Shown here: piece after piece, positions 57,838 through 64,000 of the stretch
Position numbering within the stretch: position 1 is the stretch's first letter
Layout: the number at the start of each line of letters is the position of its first letter
Source of the DNA: Bacteroidota bacterium
Lineage (GTDB): Bacteria > Bacteroidota > Ignavibacteria > UBA10030 > UBA6906
Direction of reading: 5' to 3'
Assembly (NCBI GenBank): GCA_046160825.1
Contig: JBJXHC010000051.1
Span: 4,487 to 68,486, forward strand
Length of the DNA: 64,000 nt
The notes under the pieces: model-generated
Seen by the model: the letters and a program-made list of their open reading frames with translations, nothing else
Told to the model about the DNA's origin: nothing
Databases searched by the model: none
Translations under genes and position numbers: made by a program

Positions 57838-58117
57838 CGTACCCAAAACCGTGGCGTCGGTCATCTCGGAACTCACCAATGACTTCGGTATCGACAGGAC
57901 GCTGGATCGATACAGCGTGGTAACCGGTTGGCAAACTCTTGTGGGAGAACAGATTGCGCGCGTGACTACAGCGCAGCGCATGGAAAATGGAGTGTTATAC
58001 GTCGGCGTGAACACGGCACCGTGGCGCGCAGAGCTTACAATGCGACGCAGGGAAATCATCGACAAGATCAACACCACCCTCGGCAAAAAGGTGGTACACG
58101 ATATCCGATTTCGATAA
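57809..58117 (+). CDS. DUF721 (DciA-like) protein between recF and gyrB
   Basis: Conserved ...W..IVGE.IA..T.P..I.NGVLYV.V.S..W..EL........I..KIN pattern of the DUF721 family. Start is uncertain: TTG at 57809 or GTG at 57851, both in frame after the recF stop. Confidence 0.6.
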   Translation: MKRGQLKRHSVPKTVASVISELTNDFGIDRTLDRYSVVTGWQTLVGEQIARVTTAQRMENGVLYVGVNTAPWRAELTMRRREIIDKINTTLGKKVVHDIRFR

Positions 58118-60199
<2,082 letters not shown>

Positions 60200-60278
60200 T
60201 TCTGAGCGAAGCGAAGAATCTGAACCACAGAGATAGAAGAGATGGCCGAGAAATACCAGATAGAAGAAAAGGAAAGTA

Positions 60279-62879
60279 ATGGCAACACTGAACGAAAAAA
60301 TTCTCCCGGTTGATATCGAAGACGAGATGCGCGGATCGTACATCGATTACTCGATGTCGGTTATTGTTGCGCGTGCATTGCCCGATGTGCGTGATGGACT
60401 GAAGCCCGTCCACCGTCGGGTGTTGTACGGCATGCAGGATCTTGGCCTCGCCGCCAACCGTCCGTATAAGAAATCCGCACGTATCGTCGGTGAGGTACTC
60501 GGCAAGTATCACCCGCACGGTGACAGCTCCGTGTATGACACACTCGTCCGCATGGCGCAGGACTTCTCCATGCGGTATCCGCTTGTGGACGGACAGGGAA
60601 ACTTCGGCTCGATTGATGGTGACTCACCGGCGGCCATGCGTTACACGGAAGCACGGCTCTCGCGTCTTGCAGAGGAGATGCTCAAGGATCTTGAGAAGAA
60701 CACCGTCCTGTTTACCCCAAACTTCGACGACACGCTCAAAGAGCCATCGGTACTTCCGGCCATGGTGCCGAACCTCCTCATCAACGGTGCGTCGGGAATC
60801 GCTGTGGGTATGGCGACAAACATCCCACCGCATAACCTCACCGAGGTGATCGATGGTTGCATCGCGCTTATCAAGGACGAGACGCTAACGAACGACAAGT
60901 TGATGAAGTATGTGAAGGCACCGGACTTTCCGACCGGTGGAATTATCTACGGCTACGAAGGCGTGAAAGACGCCTATACCACCGGGCGTGGGAGAATTAC
61001 CGTCCGCGCAAAGGCCAATATTGAAACCGGCAAGGGAGATCGCCAGAGTATTATCGTCTCCGAGATTCCCTACCAGGTCAACAAAGCCGGAATGATCGAG
61101 CGCATCGCTGAGATGGTGAACGACAAAAAGCTCGAAGACATCTCCGACATTCGGGATGAATCGGATCGCGACGGTCTCCGCATCGTAATTGAATTGAAGC
61201 GCGACGCCAACGCCCAGGTCATCCTCAACAATCTCTACAAGCACACGCAGATGGAAACCACCTTCGGCGTGATTATGCTGTCGTTGGTTGAGGGCCGACC
61301 CATGGTCCTCACGCTGAAGGATATGATCGAGAAATTCATCGCGCACCGGAACGAAGTCATTGTCCGTCGCTCGAAGTTCGAGTTGGAGGAAGCCGAGAAA
61401 CGTGCGCATATCCTCGAAGGCTATATCATCGCGCTGGACAACATCGACGCGATTATCAAACTGATCAAGGCTTCGCCGGATACACCGACCGCCCAGGCGG
61501 GGCTCATGAAGAAATTCAAGCTCTCCGAGATCCAGTCCAAGGCAATTCTCGATATGCGCCTGCAGAGACTCACGGGCCTCGAGCGCAAGAAGATCGAAGA
61601 TGAATACCGTGAAGTTATCGAAATCATCGAGAAGCTCAAGGCGATCCTGAAAAGCAAACAGCTTCAGATGGAGATCATCAAAGGAGAGCTTCTCGAGATC
61701 AAGAAGAAGTACGGCGATGAACGCCGCACGGAAATCGTTATGAAGGCGGAGGAATTCAGCATCGAAGATATGATTGCTGAAGAGGAAGTCGTCATCACCA
61801 TCAGCCACACGGGGTCCATCAAACGCTTCCCAGTGAGCGGCTACCGAAGGCAATCGCGCGGCGGGCGCGGCAGCATGGGCGCCACGACGAAGGAAGACGA
61901 TTTTATTGAGCACATGTTCGTTGCCTCCACCCATAATTATTTGATGCTGTTCACCGACAGGGGAAAGTGTTATTGGTTGAAGGTGTTTGAGATTCCCGAG
62001 GGAAGCCGTACGGCGCGCGGAAAGTCCATCGCGAACTTGATCGCGAAAGATGCAGACGAGACGATTGCGGCATACGTTTCCGTGAAGAGTTTTGAAGAAC
62101 CACTGTTTGTGGTGATGGTGACGGAGCAAGGCATCATCAAGAAAACGTCGCTTGAGGAATTCAGCAACCCGCGCAAGAGCGGCATCATGGCGATAGGTCT
62201 GGACAAGGGAGACCGGGTGATCGATGTTCGTCTAACAGACGGCAAACAAGACATCGTTCTCGGTACACACGAAGGGGTAGCCATCAGATTCCACGAGCAG
62301 GAGGTACGTGCCATGGGCCGTGCAGCCGGTGGTGTCCGTGCCATCAAGTTGGAGAAGAAGGACATGGTTGTCGGGATGGTTGCATTGCGACGGAGCGGTA
62401 CCTCGATTCTCGTTGCCACCGAGCTTGGCTATGGCAAGCGCAGCGAAACCGAGGAATACCGTGTCAGCCACCGCTCCGGAAAGGGAATCATCACCGTCAA
62501 GACGACTGACAAGACGGGCAAGATGGTCACGATCAAAGAGGTTTTGGATACAGACGATGTCGTCATCGTAACGACGGGTGGCATCATGATCCGCCAGCAC
62601 GCATCGAATATCCGGATCGCCGGACGGAACACACAGGGCGTCCGATTGATCCGCCTGGACGACAAAGACACCATCTCGGATGTGGCAGTGGTGGTTGGAG
62701 AGGATGATGTAGCCGTCCTTAGCGCTGCGGTGCCCGCCGTTGTTGCGAAACCCATCGAAGCAACGCTCTTCGATTCTCCCAAAGAGGAAAAATCCAAGCC
62801 CGTGATTGAATCGAAGGAGAAGCCGAAGTCGGTGGAGAAGAAAGCCAAGCCGAAACAAAAGCCCAAGAAGAAAAAGTAA
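60279..62879 (+). CDS. gyrA: DNA gyrase subunit A
   Basis: 866 aa; catalytic Tyr region ([10 protein letters not shown]), QRDR-like segment ([10 protein letters not shown]), beta-pinwheel C-terminal domain, lysine-rich C-terminal tail. Confidence 0.95.
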   Translation: MATLNEKILPVDIEDEMRGSYIDYSMSVIVARALPDVRDGLKPVHRRVLYGMQDLGLAANRPYKKSARIVGEVLGKYHPHGDSSVYDTLVRMAQDFSMRYPLVDGQGNFGSIDGDSPAAMRYTEARLSRLAEEMLKDLEKNTVLFTPNFDDTLKEPSVLPAMVPNLLINGASGIAVGMATNIPPHNLTEVIDGCIALIKDETLTNDKLMKYVKAPDFPTGGIIYGYEGVKDAYTTGRGRITVRAKANIETGKGDRQSIIVSEIPYQVNKAGMIERIAEMVNDKKLEDISDIRDESDRDGLRIVIELKRDANAQVILNNLYKHTQMETTFGVIMLSLVEGRPMVLTLKDMIEKFIAHRNEVIVRRSKFELEEAEKRAHILEGYIIALDNIDAIIKLIKASPDTPTAQAGLMKKFKLSEIQSKAILDMRLQRLTGLERKKIEDEYREVIEIIEKLKAILKSKQLQMEIIKGELLEIKKKYGDERRTEIVMKAEEFSIEDMIAEEEVVITISHTGSIKRFPVSGYRRQSRGGRGSMGATTKEDDFIEHMFVASTHNYLMLFTDRGKCYWLKVFEIPEGSRTARGKSIANLIAKDADETIAAYVSVKSFEEPLFVVMVTEQGIIKKTSLEEFSNPRKSGIMAIGLDKGDRVIDVRLTDGKQDIVLGTHEGVAIRFHEQEVRAMGRAAGGVRAIKLEKKDMVVGMVALRRSGTSILVATELGYGKRSETEEYRVSHRSGKGIITVKTTDKTGKMVTIKEVLDTDDVVIVTTGGIMIRQHASNIRIAGRNTQGVRLIRLDDKDTISDVAVVVGEDDVAVLSAAVPAVVAKPIEATLFDSPKEEKSKPVIESKEKPKSVEKKAKPKQKPKKKK

Positions 62880-62901
62880 ATGATGTTGATATAACCGCAC
62901 G

Positions 62902-62936
62902 AGAAGCCCTGCCGACACAGTGGGGCTTCTTTTTTA
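62902..62936 (+). terminator. rho-independent terminator after gyrA (agaagccc...gggcttct stem, then TTTTTT)
   Basis: Hairpin and T-tract read directly, 23 bp after the gyrA stop. Confidence 0.55.
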
Positions 62937-63015
62937 TGTGGTTGACTTTGCCGTAGTATGTTCTAAATTCATCACCTAATTCGGTGTGCATCATCAATCA
63001 TTTGTTTGATCTCCC

Positions 63016-64000
63016 ATGAACCCCTGGCGCGGTCTCGGCGTCCTGCCACGCGACATCTGGATTTTGTGCAGCGCAACACTCATCAATCGCATGGGCGTGA
63101 TGGTGCTGCCTTTCCTTGTTGTGTACCTCACCACGGTGCTTGGATACACGGCTGAAGAGGCCGGAACCATTCTCATGTGCTACGGCCTTGCAGCGTTTGT
63201 CACGGCGCCGTTCTCCGGCAAGCTGAGCGACAAGATCGGTCCGCTCCTGGTGATGAAGCTCTCGCTTCTGATTACCGGACTGGTGCTTTTCCTTTACCCG
63301 CTGGCGCAGAGCCGCGCTGTTCTCGTCATCATCACGGTTCTCTGGGCTGCAATCAGCGAGGCGTTTCGTCCCGCGGCGCTTGCGATCATTACCGATAGCG
63401 TGACCGTTGATCAGCGCAAGGCAGCGTTCGCACTCAACCGGCTCGCCATCAATCTCGGCATGAGTATCGGTCCGGCGCTTGGAGGATTCCTGTTTCTGTA
63501 TTCGTATGAATTACTCTTTTGGGTGAACGGCAGCACTACGATTCTTTCCGGACTTGTGCTCGTATTCGTGCCCTTGACCGTGCGCCACTCAACTCACGAA
63601 GAGCACCAGAAGACACAATCGGGCATAGCACTACGCGACACAACGCTGCTTTATTTTCTCGCCGCAATGCTTCCTGCGATGATTATCTTTTTCCAGCACG
63701 AAGCCGCCATGCCGATTTACATGGTCAGAGATCTCGGTCTTTCCACATCCGTGTTGGGGATGATGTTCTCGGTGAACACCGTCATCATTATTCTCCTTGA
63801 AGTTCCGTTGAATCTTGCAATGACGAACGTATCCCATCGGACGAACCTCGCTCTCGGCGCCTTCCTTACGGGTGCCGGCTTCGGCGCAATGATGTTCGTG
63901 AGTGACCCGATTGGCATTGCAGCGACAGTAGTTGTCTGGACATTCGGCGAGATGATTCTGTTGCCCAGCGCAGCCACGTATATGTCCGAGATCGCGCCAC
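63016..64000 (+). CDS. MFS-family transporter (3' end truncated by the window)
   Basis: Open frame from the ATG at 63016 to the window end with no stop (hence absent from the ORF track); multiple TM helices and an MFS-like D-R/K-x-G-R loop motif (GKLSDKIGP). Confidence 0.65.
   Translation, partial: MNPWRGLGVLPRDIWILCSATLINRMGVMVLPFLVVYLTTVLGYTAEEAGTILMCYGLAAFVTAPFSGKLSDKIGPLLVMKLSLLITGLVLFLYPLAQSRAVLVIITVLWAAISEAFRPAALAIITDSVTVDQRKAAFALNRLAINLGMSIGPALGGFLFLYSYELLFWVNGSTTILSGLVLVFVPLTVRHSTHEEHQKTQSGIALRDTTLLYFLAAMLPAMIIFFQHEAAMPIYMVRDLGLSTSVLGMMFSVNTVIIILLEVPLNLAMTNVSHRTNLALGAFLTGAGFGAMMFVSDPIGIAATVVVWTFGEMILLPSAATYMSEIAP

Noticed and set aside
60885-62129. 414-aa minus-strand ORF inside gyrA (and 58118-59059 inside gyrB)
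   Set aside because: It is antisense to textbook gyrase genes, with no recognisable domains.

Overview
This 64 kb window is a housekeeping chromosomal region of roughly 55% GC that spans the replication origin, on both sides of the divergent rpmH and dnaA genes. On the minus strand lie rpmH-rnpA-yidD-yidC-mnmE-mnmG-rsmG, then murQ and mfd, then a complete dcw cell-division and cell-wall cluster (mraZ-rsmH-ftsL-ftsI-[CADD/PqqC-like]-murE-murF-mraY-murD-ftsW-murG-[small membrane protein]-murC-ftsQ-ftsA-ftsZ). On the plus strand lie dnaA-dnaN-recF-DUF721(DciA-like)-gyrB-gyrA and the start of an MFS transporter. The left third carries tmk, dxr, rseP, a four-gene envelope-signalling locus (secreted protein, FecR-domain protein, large outer-membrane protein, CHASE2 class-III nucleotidyl cyclase), a PorV/PorQ-like beta-barrel, dnaX and lon. 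A co-directional block (DUF4159-like, 1132-aa DUF4175-like membrane protein, M14 peptidase, ECF sigma, zinc-finger anti-sigma) sits between lon and the dcw cluster. I found no transposases, integrases, CRISPR arrays, rRNA or tRNA genes, and no recognisable defence system (no nuclease, helicase or NTPase cassette, toxin-antitoxin or restriction-modification pairs). The points most worth a second look are:
- an A9 run in dnaX positioned for gamma-subunit production by slippage;
- a 41-bp tandem duplication of the ftsZ 3' end;
- two atypical genes inserted into the dcw operon;
- GTGGG MraZ-type operator repeats;
- the oriC architecture (DnaA-box cluster plus an AT-rich dnaA-dnaN spacer);
- two candidate envelope-signalling modules.
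All functional calls come from motifs recognised by eye in the six-frame translations; no database searches were run.
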